IMG/VR virus record: IMGVR_UViG_3300038701_002477
Location: 1 to 37,540 of that record
Length of the DNA: 37,540 bases
DNA from: a virus
Reading direction: 5' to 3' (one strand)
Shown: positions 22,349 through 30,466 of the stretch, in pieces
Numbering within the stretch: the first letter of the stretch is position 1
Layout of the letters: each line of letters opens with the position of its first letter
The notes under the pieces: generated by a model
The model's input: only the letters and a program-made list of their open reading frames with translations
Told to the model about the DNA's origin: nothing
Databases searched by the model: none
Position numbers and translations under genes: made by a program

Positions 22349-22918
22349 TTACTTACCGTTAATATTTACTAACCATTTAAAAATGATTTCGCAATACTTA
22401 TTTTTATCTTCTATAATTTTTTCACTATATAGGTTTTTTGTATCAGCAAAACATGGTTCTAATAATAGGCATATATCAAGGCCCATTTCTTTGCCAAGTT
22501 CAATAATATCGCTACCTCTTTTTTCGCTTTTATCCTCTATTGATATTGGATTTAGCTTTTCAATATCATACTCTTTTTTAAGAAGGTATCCCCAATCCAG
22601 GCCAGCTTTAAATGATTTTAAGCTATCTTCATGGTATAAAAATTCTGATCTAATTATTTTAGTTTGACCATTAAAGGCATTTAAATGAAACTCAATAAGC
22701 TTCGTTATCTTTTTTTCTTTTATTTTTTTTCTTATATTTTCAATGTAATCACTATATCTTGATTCTGTTCTTTTTAATATTATTGAATCAATATTTGCCT
22801 TATTTAGTTTTTTCTTCACGCTCACCAATAGAGATTGATTCCAGTCATATTCCATTTGGCCATCGTAGGTTATCATTCCCTTTCTGTTTTCACTGTGGCC
22901 TGGTATTAGTGCAAGCAT
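22349..22918 (-). CDS. N-acetylmuramoyl-L-alanine amidase (Amidase_3-like), putative endolysin
   Basis: LIPGHSE near the N-terminus and IEFHLNAFNG later match the Zn-ligand blocks of Amidase_3 (GH..., E, H.NA). 189 aa with no signal peptide. Confidence 0.6.
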   Translation of the reverse strand: MLALIPGHSENRKGMITYDGQMEYDWNQSLLVSVKKKLNKANIDSIILKRTESRYSDYIENIRKKIKEKKITKLIEFHLNAFNGQTKIIRSEFLYHEDSLKSFKAGLDWGYLLKKEYDIEKLNPISIEDKSEKRGSDIIELGKEMGLDICLLLEPCFADTKNLYSEKIIEDKNKYCEIIFKWLVNINGK

Positions 22919-23024
22919 TTCCTCTTCCTTTCCATTTATCCTTGTTACATATAGGACATAATATTTTACTATTTTTCATTTTTTTAATTTTTTTTCAAAA
23001 CAAATTAAATAAATAAAGCCATTA

Positions 23025-23237
23025 TTATTTTTTTCTTTTGGCGCGTCTTTTTCCATTTCCATAAATCAATTTACATCCGTTGTTGTATTCAAATAAGATA
23101 TCAGAGATAACTGCAATCGCTTCTCTCCATTGCGCCCTGTTTATCCCAACTTTTTTACCTTCTCTTTTAACAGCTAAGTCAGTTAGTTCCGTTACATTTT
23201 TTAGTTTTTTCATTTTTTCTCCATTTGTTTCTTGCAC
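23025..23237 (-). CDS. Hypothetical small basic protein
   Basis: The likelier start is the ATG at 23213 (MKKLKNVTELTDLAV...), which forms an ATGA overlap with the upstream stop. The C-terminal tail is basic. Confidence 0.45.
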   Translation of the reverse strand: MQETNGEKMKKLKNVTELTDLAVKREGKKVGINRAQWREAIAVISDILFEYNNGCKLIYGNGKRRAKRKK

Positions 23238-23407
23238 TCATCCATAGCATCATAAATTGATATTTCTGACTGCCCTTCAAAGATCTTCTTTTCATTTACA
23301 GGGTTAATTATTGCAATAAATTTATTATTAAACAAACATAATGACGCGTCCCATCCATTTCTTTTTGCATAATGAAAAAACCTTAATTCCCTACTGTAAT
23401 CGTCCAT
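23210..23407 (-). CDS. Hypothetical small protein
   Basis: 65-aa ORF that overlaps the helicase gene end. Confidence 0.45.
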   Translation of the reverse strand: MDDYSRELRFFHYAKRNGWDASLCLFNNKFIAIINPVNEKKIFEGQSEISIYDAMDECKKQMEKK

Positions 23408-25052
23408 TTTTTCCCCTAAATTTTATACAGAAATAATTCTTTTTTATTATTTCAGATTTAATAATGCATAACCCTAAGTCATGTGATTTGATATTTGACT
23501 TTTCATGAGTCATATACCTTGAATCATAAACTCTTATTTTACTTGGCCTAAAGTAATTGCAATTTATACATTTTTCCTTTTTGGCGTTTTCCTTTATTAC
23601 TTTTTCAATCCATTTAGGTATTGAAAGTTCTTCAATATAGTTAAAAATATCTGTTCCAAATTTATCGCCAAGAATAAAGAATTTGGCGTTTGGTTTCCAT
23701 CCATATTGTTTTTCTTTATCAACTAAAGTATCGTGATGTTTTTTTATTTTTAAAAATCTTTTGTCAATAACTTCACTTTCATTTACTTCAACAAGCTCAC
23801 CATCTTCATGTTTAATGTCATCCGATTTTGAATTAAACTTGAAATTGCAAAAAGGACATTGGCTTGAGTTGGCCTCTATAGTCGCGTGACACTCAGGGCA
23901 ATCCTTAACTTTTAATATGCTTTTTCTTTCCTCTTTCTTTTTGAAGTCATAGGCAAATTCGCTTAAGCATGGAACCCTGTTATCATCATAAGGCATTCCA
24001 TGTCTAAATGTATTATTTGCGTGGTCAAGTATAAGAGCTTCTTCTTTATTTGTTTCTTTGCAAGTTCTAAGAGTCCTGCCCCATTGCTGGACTGCTAATA
24101 TTTCAGATAAAGTTGGCCTAAGACCTATCATTACTTCTAAAGGTGGGCAGTCCCATCCTGTAGAAAAAATATTAACATTAAAAACGCCCTTGATTGATCC
24201 ATTTATTATTGAGTCATAAACATTCTTTCTTTCTTCTTTATTGTGACTCTCATCAATATGCAGACAAGGTATACCCTCTTCATTGAATGCATGGGCCATA
24301 AGTTTTGAGTGAGCTTTGTTAACGCAAAAACCAATAAATGGCCTTTTATTTCCATATTTTAAATATGAATCAATAGCATCGCCAATTATCTTCATATCTG
24401 AAACAACTTCAAACAACTGAGAAACTGAATAATCACCTGATTGTTTTTTTATTTTACTCGTATCAATAGTTGATGGCCTCAAAACCTTGCATGGAACCTT
24501 ATAGCCAAGATCCCTAAGCTCTGTTGGGTTAATAGGTTTAACGGTTTTTTCCCAGAATGATAATGGTTTGGTTCCAACTGAAAACGGAGTTGCTGTAAAT
24601 CCTATATAAACTTTATCACCTAAAAATTTAAATAATTTATTATAAGTCGGGCTTGTCGTGTCGTGACATTCATCAACTATAATTAAATCAAAATTCTTAA
24701 GATAAGAATATTCATCTTTTTTAATTCTGTTTCTAAGAGTATCTATTGATGCAATTTGAATCATTTTTAGCGGATCATAACCTGCTTCTGATCCCATTAT
24801 TATTGATGCTTTTATATCTCTGTATTTTTTAAAATTATCATTTGTTTGAAGTATCAAATCCTTTCTTCTCATAACGACTAATACTTTTTTCATTTTATTT
24901 AAGGCATCATAAGAATAGTCGGCCATTAATAGACCTTTCCCCGATCCAGTATCAAGCCAATTAATAATTCTTTTTACTCCGCTTCTTACGTCTGAATAAG
25001 TTTCTTTTTTTGCTTCTAATTGATATGGCCTAAGAGTGTATTTATTCATCAA
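23391..25052 (-). CDS. SF2 DEAD/DEAH-box helicase with a C-terminal Zn-ribbon region
   Basis: LRPYQ, Walker A DTGSGKG, DECH box (IIVDECHD), FTATP and QQWGRTLR. The C-terminal region carries CPEC...CPFC. Confidence 0.85.
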   Translation of the reverse strand: MMNKYTLRPYQLEAKKETYSDVRSGVKRIINWLDTGSGKGLLMADYSYDALNKMKKVLVVMRRKDLILQTNDNFKKYRDIKASIIMGSEAGYDPLKMIQIASIDTLRNRIKKDEYSYLKNFDLIIVDECHDTTSPTYNKLFKFLGDKVYIGFTATPFSVGTKPLSFWEKTVKPINPTELRDLGYKVPCKVLRPSTIDTSKIKKQSGDYSVSQLFEVVSDMKIIGDAIDSYLKYGNKRPFIGFCVNKAHSKLMAHAFNEEGIPCLHIDESHNKEERKNVYDSIINGSIKGVFNVNIFSTGWDCPPLEVMIGLRPTLSEILAVQQWGRTLRTCKETNKEEALILDHANNTFRHGMPYDDNRVPCLSEFAYDFKKKEERKSILKVKDCPECHATIEANSSQCPFCNFKFNSKSDDIKHEDGELVEVNESEVIDKRFLKIKKHHDTLVDKEKQYGWKPNAKFFILGDKFGTDIFNYIEELSIPKWIEKVIKENAKKEKCINCNYFRPSKIRVYDSRYMTHEKSNIKSHDLGLCIIKSEIIKKNYFCIKFRGKNGRLQ

Positions 25053-25644
25053 AAAGCCCTAAACCTGTTTTGTATTTTTTTAATATTTTATAAATTTCAA
25101 AACAGGCATTAGCATCAGACAAGGCATTGTGATGATCTAGCTCGACATTAAAATATTCTGCTAAAGTTGGAAGTTTTGAGTTTTCAAGCCCAGTTGCGCT
25201 TATATATTTTTCTGCTAGGTTGATTGTTGACTCATATCTTTCTAAACTAAATACTTTATTAAAAGAGTCTTGAAGTCCTTCTTTTAGAAACATATTGAAA
25301 TGATGCCTGTAATCAAAAAAGTTTTTAGAATGACAAACATATAAAAGAGGATTGTTGTCTTTATCTTTGTATTCTTTTAAAAAATGAAGATATTTAATGA
25401 GAAGCTTTCTAGGATGTTGTTCTGAAAAGGCCCTTCTTTTTGATATCCTATGAATCTTTTCTGCTCCTATAGTCCACCTATCTTCATGATAAGGACTGCA
25501 AAACTCATTAAACTGATCAACCCTTATTAAGGTTCCATCATTTTGTTTTTTTGCAATTATTGCAGCAACTTCAATAACATCATTTTTGCTAGGGCTAAAA
25601 CCAGTAGTTTCAAGGTCTATAAAATGAACGTATGGATTCTCCAT
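25042..25644 (-). CDS. DnaQ-like DEDDh 3'-5' exonuclease
   Basis: ExoI motif FIDLETTG and ExoIII motif HNALSDANA. 200 aa. Confidence 0.8.
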   Translation of the reverse strand: MENPYVHFIDLETTGFSPSKNDVIEVAAIIAKKQNDGTLIRVDQFNEFCSPYHEDRWTIGAEKIHRISKRRAFSEQHPRKLLIKYLHFLKEYKDKDNNPLLYVCHSKNFFDYRHHFNMFLKEGLQDSFNKVFSLERYESTINLAEKYISATGLENSKLPTLAEYFNVELDHHNALSDANACFEIYKILKKYKTGLGLFDE

Positions 25645-25647
25645 TTT

Positions 25648-26049
25648 TTACTCAAGAGGCTTTACGCTAAGAGATGCCTTTCCAAGTTCTTTATTTAAAT
25701 ACTTGTCAACCTTGGCTTTTTCTTCATCTGATAATTTTTTATAATCAGTCTTTGATAGTGTAAGCTCTTTTTTCTCTGGGGTTACTTTTTCTTTGATGCA
25801 TCTAGCTTGAAATTTATCTTTTTTAACAAGCTCAGTTAGAAGTGTTATTTTTTCTGGCCTACTATAATTAATTTCAAACCCAGAATCTTCTATAACTGTT
25901 TTTCCTGATGGTTTGGCCTTAAACCTTTCTATATGCTTTTTGTATATTTCTTTTTTAATTTCAGAAAGTTCAAAGTCAAGCTTATCTTTTTGATTAATAT
26001 TATTTATTATTTTATTTTGCGCTTCAATAAATCTTTCATAAATATTCAC
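25648..26049 (-). CDS. Hypothetical Lys-rich helical protein in the recombination module
   Basis: 133-aa ORF between the SSB-like and exonuclease genes. No motif was recognised. Confidence 0.5.
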   Translation of the reverse strand: MNIYERFIEAQNKIINNINQKDKLDFELSEIKKEIYKKHIERFKAKPSGKTVIEDSGFEINYSRPEKITLLTELVKKDKFQARCIKEKVTPEKKELTLSKTDYKKLSDEEKAKVDKYLNKELGKASLSVKPLE

Positions 26050-26118
26050 AACCTCACCTCCATTTATTTATTAAACCTGTTTTTGAATGGAACAGGTAAA
26101 CCATACTCAAATCAAAAA

Positions 26119-26625
26119 CTAAAAAGGAATATCCTCTTCATTTTCTTCAGACTCACTCATGTCACTAGATGAGTCTTCAGACTTTTCAATTTTAATTTCA
26201 CTTCTTGCATCTTTCAAATCTTTTTTAAGACTTAATTTTAACTCTTTAAGTTTTGCAATGGCAGATTTTTTGTCAAGTGATCCCTTCATTTTCTTGCCTG
26301 GATCATTAACGTAAACACTCATCTGCTCTTTTCCAGTCTTTTCATTTACTGAGTATTTAACAAATATTTCAACATCTAAATTCTTATCAAGAGCATCATC
26401 ATCCATAAGATCTGGAAGGTCACTCCCTTTAAAACCACAAAGGGTTAATGCTCTAGCAAGTATCTCGTCACCAGTTTCATTTTGATTTACCATTTGAAAC
26501 ATAGTTGCGCCATTTGAAAAGCCTACATAAACCTGTAAGTCACCTTTCTCAGTTTCTCTAATACCCCAATTCCTAACCTTTACCTTGTGCGTTCCAGGTT
26601 CAATTTTCTTTTTATCTTCACTCAT
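26119..26625 (-). CDS. SSB-like single-strand DNA-binding protein (DUF669-type position) with a canonical acidic DIPF tip
   Basis: It directly follows the AAA_24 ATPase gene. The C-terminus SESEENEEDIPF matches the D-I-P-F tail that ends bacterial SSBs. Confidence 0.6.
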   Translation of the reverse strand: MSEDKKKIEPGTHKVKVRNWGIRETEKGDLQVYVGFSNGATMFQMVNQNETGDEILARALTLCGFKGSDLPDLMDDDALDKNLDVEIFVKYSVNEKTGKEQMSVYVNDPGKKMKGSLDKKSAIAKLKELKLSLKKDLKDARSEIKIEKSEDSSSDMSESEENEEDIPF

Positions 26626-26627
26626 CT

Positions 26628-27536
26628 TTATTCCCCTTCGCTTAATTTAATTTTAAGCTTGTTAACTGTTGAGTTTAACTTTTTTTCATTCTTTTTATTT
26701 TTATCAACATAAGATTTAACTGTTTTTGCATACTCTTCTTGATTTATTTCACTGAGAAGAAATCCGATTTCTTTGATTAAATCCTTGCACTTCTTATCAT
26801 CATCCCTGTTTATATATTCCATTGCTTTTTTTGCATCAAGCTCCATTTCATTTGGCATTCCATGCCTGTTTCCAGCGTCAAAAGCGTGGGTTCTTTCAGT
26901 ATATAGAACCCTAGTATTATCACCATAGGCCCTAACTTTTTTTGTCTGCTTGTCCTTCTTAATTGAAGTTTCAAAATTAGCAAATAATATAGCGTCAACG
27001 TATTCTTTAAAAACAGAAGATACTTCGGGATAGTCCATTTTTAGTTCATACTTATCATATTCACAAGAGTTTAAAGGATCTGAAAATTTCTTAGAAGTAC
27101 AATGCGCCAAGAAAAGGATGTTCATTTTTTCTCTAAGCAAATCTAGATAATTAAACATATTATGCCATTCAGTTTTAAGGATATCTTTATAAGCTCCCCA
27201 ACCACCGCCTAATGCCTTAACATTCTCAACATGATTAACGCTCTTTAAATGTCTTAATTGTAGCTGTTCAAGCCAATCAATTGTATCAAATACAACTGTC
27301 TTATAATTATGATCTTCTTCGTTAAGAGCTTTTAAAATCTTTTTTAAGTGAATCCAATCTTTCGGTTTTGCCCTGCTTACGTCAAGTTCATTTGTACCAT
27401 CTTCACCACAAATAAAATATGGCGCTGGCATATCAGATGCGAATGTTGATTTTCCTACTTTTTCAGGCCCGTATAATAATACTAAGGCGTTCTTTTTAAT
27501 TTTCCCTGATGTTGTAACCTCTTCTAATAATCCCAT
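26628..27536 (-). CDS. Sak4-like / AAA_24 RecA-fold ATPase
   Basis: Walker A LLYGPEKVGKST and Walker B-like VVFDTID. 302 aa. It is the first large gene of the early operon, with the SSB-like gene next. Confidence 0.7.
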   Translation of the reverse strand: MGLLEEVTTSGKIKKNALVLLYGPEKVGKSTFASDMPAPYFICGEDGTNELDVSRAKPKDWIHLKKILKALNEEDHNYKTVVFDTIDWLEQLQLRHLKSVNHVENVKALGGGWGAYKDILKTEWHNMFNYLDLLREKMNILFLAHCTSKKFSDPLNSCEYDKYELKMDYPEVSSVFKEYVDAILFANFETSIKKDKQTKKVRAYGDNTRVLYTERTHAFDAGNRHGMPNEMELDAKKAMEYINRDDDKKCKDLIKEIGFLLSEINQEEYAKTVKSYVDKNKKNEKKLNSTVNKLKIKLSEGE

Positions 27537-27549
27537 AGCTATCCTTTAA

Positions 27550-27711
27550 TTATTTAATTATTCTTTTTAATTGTGGCAAAACATGGTTTGGAATACTTTT
27601 TCTGCTAACCCAATTTGCAATAGTTGATCCTGATTTATAACCCATTAAATAGGCCAGTTTGGCATTTGAGTTGCCTGGCCTTTTAAGCCATCTTTTTAAT
27701 TCTCTTAGCAT
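27550..27711 (-). CDS. Small Cro-like helix-turn-helix regulator (53 aa, below the ORF-track cutoff)
   Basis: Hand-translated as MLRELKRWLKRPGNSNAKLAYLMGYKSGSTIANWVSRKSIPNHVLPQLKRIIK. It has an AAGGA RBS 8 nt upstream. It is the first ORF after the palindrome-rich intergenic region. Confidence 0.5.
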   Translation of the reverse strand: MLRELKRWLKRPGNSNAKLAYLMGYKSGSTIANWVSRKSIPNHVLPQLKRIIK

Positions 27712-27733
27712 TTAAATTTCCTTGTGAATAATT

Positions 27734-27770
27734 TGTGTCACATTGTGATCAATTAAATTTTAATTGTAAA
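27734..27770 (-). promoter_or_regulatory. Candidate early promoter (TTTACA-N17-CACAAT) with embedded operator-like palindromes
   Basis: On the minus strand, TTTACA lies at 27770-27765 and CACAAT at 27747-27742. The palindrome CAATTAAA-T-TTTAATTG (27750-27766) fills the spacer. The palindrome TGTGTCACA (27734-27742) sits at the predicted start site. TTGTGA is repeated at 27722 and 27743. Confidence 0.4.
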
Positions 27771-27854
27771 GGGGAAAAATAGAATTATTTTACTTGCGGA
27801 TATTTACTAAACTAGGATTATTTTAAAAGATATATTTTTTTTAATTATTAAAAA

Positions 27855-28064
27855 TTACTTTTTTATCTTTTTCTTAAGTTTTTTTGCACCTTGGTATATA
27901 AGTGCAAAAGGCCCCCACACTGGAACAGTCAGTATTGCAACCGCAATTTTAACTGCATCTTTTCCTGATGGCGCTTGGCCATGTCCATTTTGATTATTTA
28001 ATATTCTCTTTAGGTTTTTCATAGCCTTGCCATTCCCCTTGATCTGATTTAAGCCATCTTTCAT
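27855..28064 (-). CDS. Small membrane protein with a C-terminal TM segment and a Lys-rich tail
   Basis: Contains AVKIAVAILTVPVWGPFALIY followed by KKLKKKIKK. It overlaps the upstream ORF by 71 nt in another frame, so the start is uncertain. Confidence 0.4.
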   Translation of the reverse strand: MKDGLNQIKGNGKAMKNLKRILNNQNGHGQAPSGKDAVKIAVAILTVPVWGPFALIYQGAKKLKKKIKK

Positions 28065-28218
28065 CTTCTTTAAGCTTCGTTACAACGCTTGACTTAGCAG
28101 CGTTCATAACATTTTGCATGAAGCGTCTTTGCTTTTCTTTGGAAGCTTTAAACATTTTCATAACACCTAAAAATAACTGAGCTATAAATGGGCTTAAAGC
28201 CCCTATTGCTGCCCACAT
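27994..28218 (-). CDS. Small membrane protein with an N-terminal TM segment
   Basis: MWAAIGALSPFIAQLFLGVMKMF followed by a charged helical tail. A GGAG RBS lies upstream. Confidence 0.5.
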   Translation of the reverse strand: MWAAIGALSPFIAQLFLGVMKMFKASKEKQRRFMQNVMNAAKSSVVTKLKEDERWLKSDQGEWQGYEKPKENIK

Positions 28219-28220
28219 AT

Positions 28221-28361
28221 TTACTCCTCTTTTCTTGGTATAGACTTCTTACATATACAACATTTAAAATGCCCTTCAGGAGCGACCGTATCATCATTTG
28301 AGTAAGGATATTCTGAGTGAATATCAAATAAATGAAATATAAAAGCCATTAAAAAATACAT
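28221..28361 (-). CDS. Micro-ORF, 46 aa (below the ORF-track cutoff)
   Basis: Hand-translated as MYFLMAFIFHLFDIHSEYPYSNDDTVAPEGHFKCCICKKSIPRKEE. It exactly fills the gap between the lipoprotein gene and 27994..28218. Confidence 0.3.
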   Translation of the reverse strand: MYFLMAFIFHLFDIHSEYPYSNDDTVAPEGHFKCCICKKSIPRKEE

Positions 28362-28368
28362 GCAAACC

Positions 28369-29148
28369 TCACTTCACATAAAAAGTTTCATAACCGTAAT
28401 GGGTCAATCTTAAACAATATTTAGAGTTTTTTCCCCTACAATTATCACCATTTGTTAAATTTTTTGATCTAAAATGAAAAAGGCATTCGCCTTTAGTTGA
28501 GCTAAAGACAAAATTCCTTTCATCAACTGCTCTTATTTTACAATTTATTGTATCCCTAACTTTAAAAACTATAGGAGCTAAATTCTGTGGAAATCTTATT
28601 GAATTTTCCAGGGATTTATAATTCTGACACATGGCAGTACCTTGCACTGTTCCTGTAGAACCATTACAGCTTAAGGTACCTGGCATATCCATATCATCTT
28701 TCATATTAATTAAACCATAGGTATGAACACCACTTGAGCTTATAACCTGTATTCTTATTGGTGAATACTCTTCAGTTTCTAATGGATATTGCGGAGTAAA
28801 ATAAAATGATGCTTCATTGTTCTTCAGAAACATACCTTTTAAAAAACTTCTTTTCTCAATGTCTTTTTCAAAGCTTCTTGCCTTAATATTTGTGGCCTCT
28901 TTTTTTTCAATACTTCTCGCATGAGTCCTAACAATTAACCAGTCAATATCATCAAGAGCAGTTATTTTTATTTTCAGAATATCTGTTTTTGGTATAACAC
29001 AATAGCCAACGCATTTTTGGCCGTTAATCTCCATAAGAAGCTCCATCTTATAGGCTTTTTTATCGTCATGGGATTTCTGGTCTAGAGAACCACAAGATAC
29101 CAATGAGATTAAAATTAACGATTGAATAACTCTTTTAATTTTGTCCAT
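28369..29148 (-). CDS. Cys-rich lipoprotein
   Basis: The N-terminus MDKIKRVIQSLILISLVSCGS has a basic n-region, a hydrophobic core and the lipobox L-V-S-C. The mature part carries eight further Cys residues. A GAAGG RBS lies upstream. Confidence 0.7.
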   Translation of the reverse strand: MDKIKRVIQSLILISLVSCGSLDQKSHDDKKAYKMELLMEINGQKCVGYCVIPKTDILKIKITALDDIDWLIVRTHARSIEKKEATNIKARSFEKDIEKRSFLKGMFLKNNEASFYFTPQYPLETEEYSPIRIQVISSSGVHTYGLINMKDDMDMPGTLSCNGSTGTVQGTAMCQNYKSLENSIRFPQNLAPIVFKVRDTINCKIRAVDERNFVFSSTKGECLFHFRSKNLTNGDNCRGKNSKYCLRLTHYGYETFYVK

Positions 29149-29232
29149 AAAAACCTTCTAAATGCTAGAAACCCCTGGAAAGCGAATAAAAGCTTAAGCC
29201 AGGGGAATCTTATAAACCAAAATAAAAACTGA

Positions 29233-29598
29233 TTAAGCCTCTGAAGTATCTGACTCATCTTTTCCTGTAAACTCAAGGGCAAAATCACCAATGGCGAAAA
29301 GAGCTTTTGCACCTTTGTTAATCTTTCTAAGAAGCTCTTCTTTATCAATAATTCTACCAAGGCCAGCAGAAACATATTCAGTTATTTCTTGCATCTCTTC
29401 AGAGTCAAGATCTTTAATCTCTTCATCAACTAATTTAATCGCTGCCATTGCTGGTTGAATTTTTGGAGCAATAACCATGAACTGCCCTAAGTCTTCAAGG
29501 CCAATTTTCCCATCTGCTTTAGCGCCTTTGTAAGCTGTTCCAAGTGACTCACCTAGATCCCATACAATTTTTAAATTCTCAACTCCATACTTTTCCAT
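29233..29598 (-). CDS. Hypothetical acidic protein
   Basis: 121-aa ORF with an ATG start. A CCCCTGG...CCAGGGG hairpin (29172-29205) follows it. Confidence 0.5.
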   Translation of the reverse strand: MEKYGVENLKIVWDLGESLGTAYKGAKADGKIGLEDLGQFMVIAPKIQPAMAAIKLVDEEIKDLDSEEMQEITEYVSAGLGRIIDKEELLRKINKGAKALFAIGDFALEFTGKDESDTSEA

Positions 29599-29609
29599 AA
29601 ACTCTCCAG

Positions 29610-29786
29610 TTATTTATACATCCAACGTGTAATTACATTGGCAACAATTGTTAATGCGCCCATAAAAGTATAGGCCTTTATTTTAAAAATCTTTAATTCA
29701 TCATCTATTTTATCAACTTTTTTAACGATATATCTTCGCCATTCTTTTTCATTATCAATTAAGTGCTCGACTCTTCTATCTTCCAT
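29610..29786 (-). CDS. Small protein with a C-terminal TM segment (58 aa, below the ORF-track cutoff)
   Basis: Hand-translated as MEDRRVEHLIDNEKEWRRYIVKKVDKIDDELKIFKIKAYTFMGALTIVANVITRWMYK. Its start overlaps the end of 29776..30036. Confidence 0.4.
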   Translation of the reverse strand: MEDRRVEHLIDNEKEWRRYIVKKVDKIDDELKIFKIKAYTFMGALTIVANVITRWMYK

Positions 29787-30036
29787 TTAGTGACCAGTCC
29801 TTTCCATATACAATATTATTCTTTTGTACTATGAATTTTACCATTCCCATAACTGAATTACTATGCTCAACCTTAAGCCAGTCAACTAAATTCTTACCTG
29901 TTATTTTGTTTTTGAAAAGCCATTTTAATATTTTTTGGCAGTCTTTAAACCTATGTAATTGATGCATTATTGGAATAAGTTCTGGTTTTCCATCAATTAC
30001 AATATGCATTAAGTCTTTTGTTACAGGGTTAATCAT
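29776..30036 (-). CDS. Hypothetical protein
   Basis: 86-aa ORF that overlaps the upstream ORF end by 8 nt. Confidence 0.45.
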   Translation of the reverse strand: MINPVTKDLMHIVIDGKPELIPIMHQLHRFKDCQKILKWLFKNKITGKNLVDWLKVEHSNSVMGMVKFIVQKNNIVYGKDWSLNGR

Positions 30037-30457
30037 TTCTACCTAATAACTTTTCCTTATAGATTAAATCAACTTTAGCAATTTTCTGAGAAGCATAGTC
30101 AACTACTTCTTTATCTTTTGAAAAGCCAACATCCATAGCAACAAAACTTGCAGGCCTAGAGACCATCGCTTCCCACATTTGTATATCGTTTAAAATAAGA
30201 TGCATACCATTACTTGAAGATAAGTCTTTCTTTAACTTTTCTTTAATTTCTTTTTCTTTTTCTAAGCTCGCCTTGCCTTTTGCACCTTCTCTTTTTATTT
30301 CTTTGTCAGCTTTTTCGATATCTTTTTTAGTTGGCATTGAAAGATTACTTGTCCATAATTTCTTTTCCCTTGCCTCTTCTTCTGAGTAATCAAAACATGA
30401 AGGGTTAAAAGTAACACCCTCGCCTAGTAAGTTTTTAACAATTGCATAATAATCCAT
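30029..30457 (-). CDS. Hypothetical protein downstream of the tail fibre gene (possible fibre assembly factor)
   Basis: 142-aa ORF immediately after the fibre gene. The suggestion is positional only. Confidence 0.4.
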   Translation of the reverse strand: MDYYAIVKNLLGEGVTFNPSCFDYSEEEAREKKLWTSNLSMPTKKDIEKADKEIKREGAKGKASLEKEKEIKEKLKKDLSSSNGMHLILNDIQMWEAMVSRPASFVAMDVGFSKDKEVVDYASQKIAKVDLIYKEKLLGRND

Positions 30458-30466
30458 ATTTTCCCC

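Noticed and set aside
26075-26097. Hairpin ACCTGTT-(9 nt)-AACAGGT downstream of the SSB-like gene, as a terminator.
   Set aside because: On the transcribed (minus) strand no proper T-run follows it (TTAATAAATAAAT), and the stem is short. The next gene starts about 25 nt further on, so read-through is expected. It is probably incidental, or at most a weak attenuator.
27994-28218. The overlapped gene pair 27994..28218 / 27855..28064 as a canonical i-spanin/o-spanin pair. The second gene starts inside the first, in the +1 frame.
   Set aside because: The architecture matches, but the second product has no cysteine and no lipobox, so it cannot be a lipoprotein o-spanin. The first is short (74 aa) for an i-spanin. 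I kept it only as part of the broader membrane-protein cluster finding.
29115-29375. Same-strand alternative-frame ORFs nested in or overlapping larger genes. Examples: 687..881, 5515..5715, 9311..9493, 10280..10495, 17247..17474, 26810..26998, 29115..29375 and 30853..31038.
   Set aside because: They overlap genes with clear motif or positional support. Their sequences are low-complexity Lys/Leu-rich, as expected from frame-shifted AT-rich coding DNA. None has independent support.
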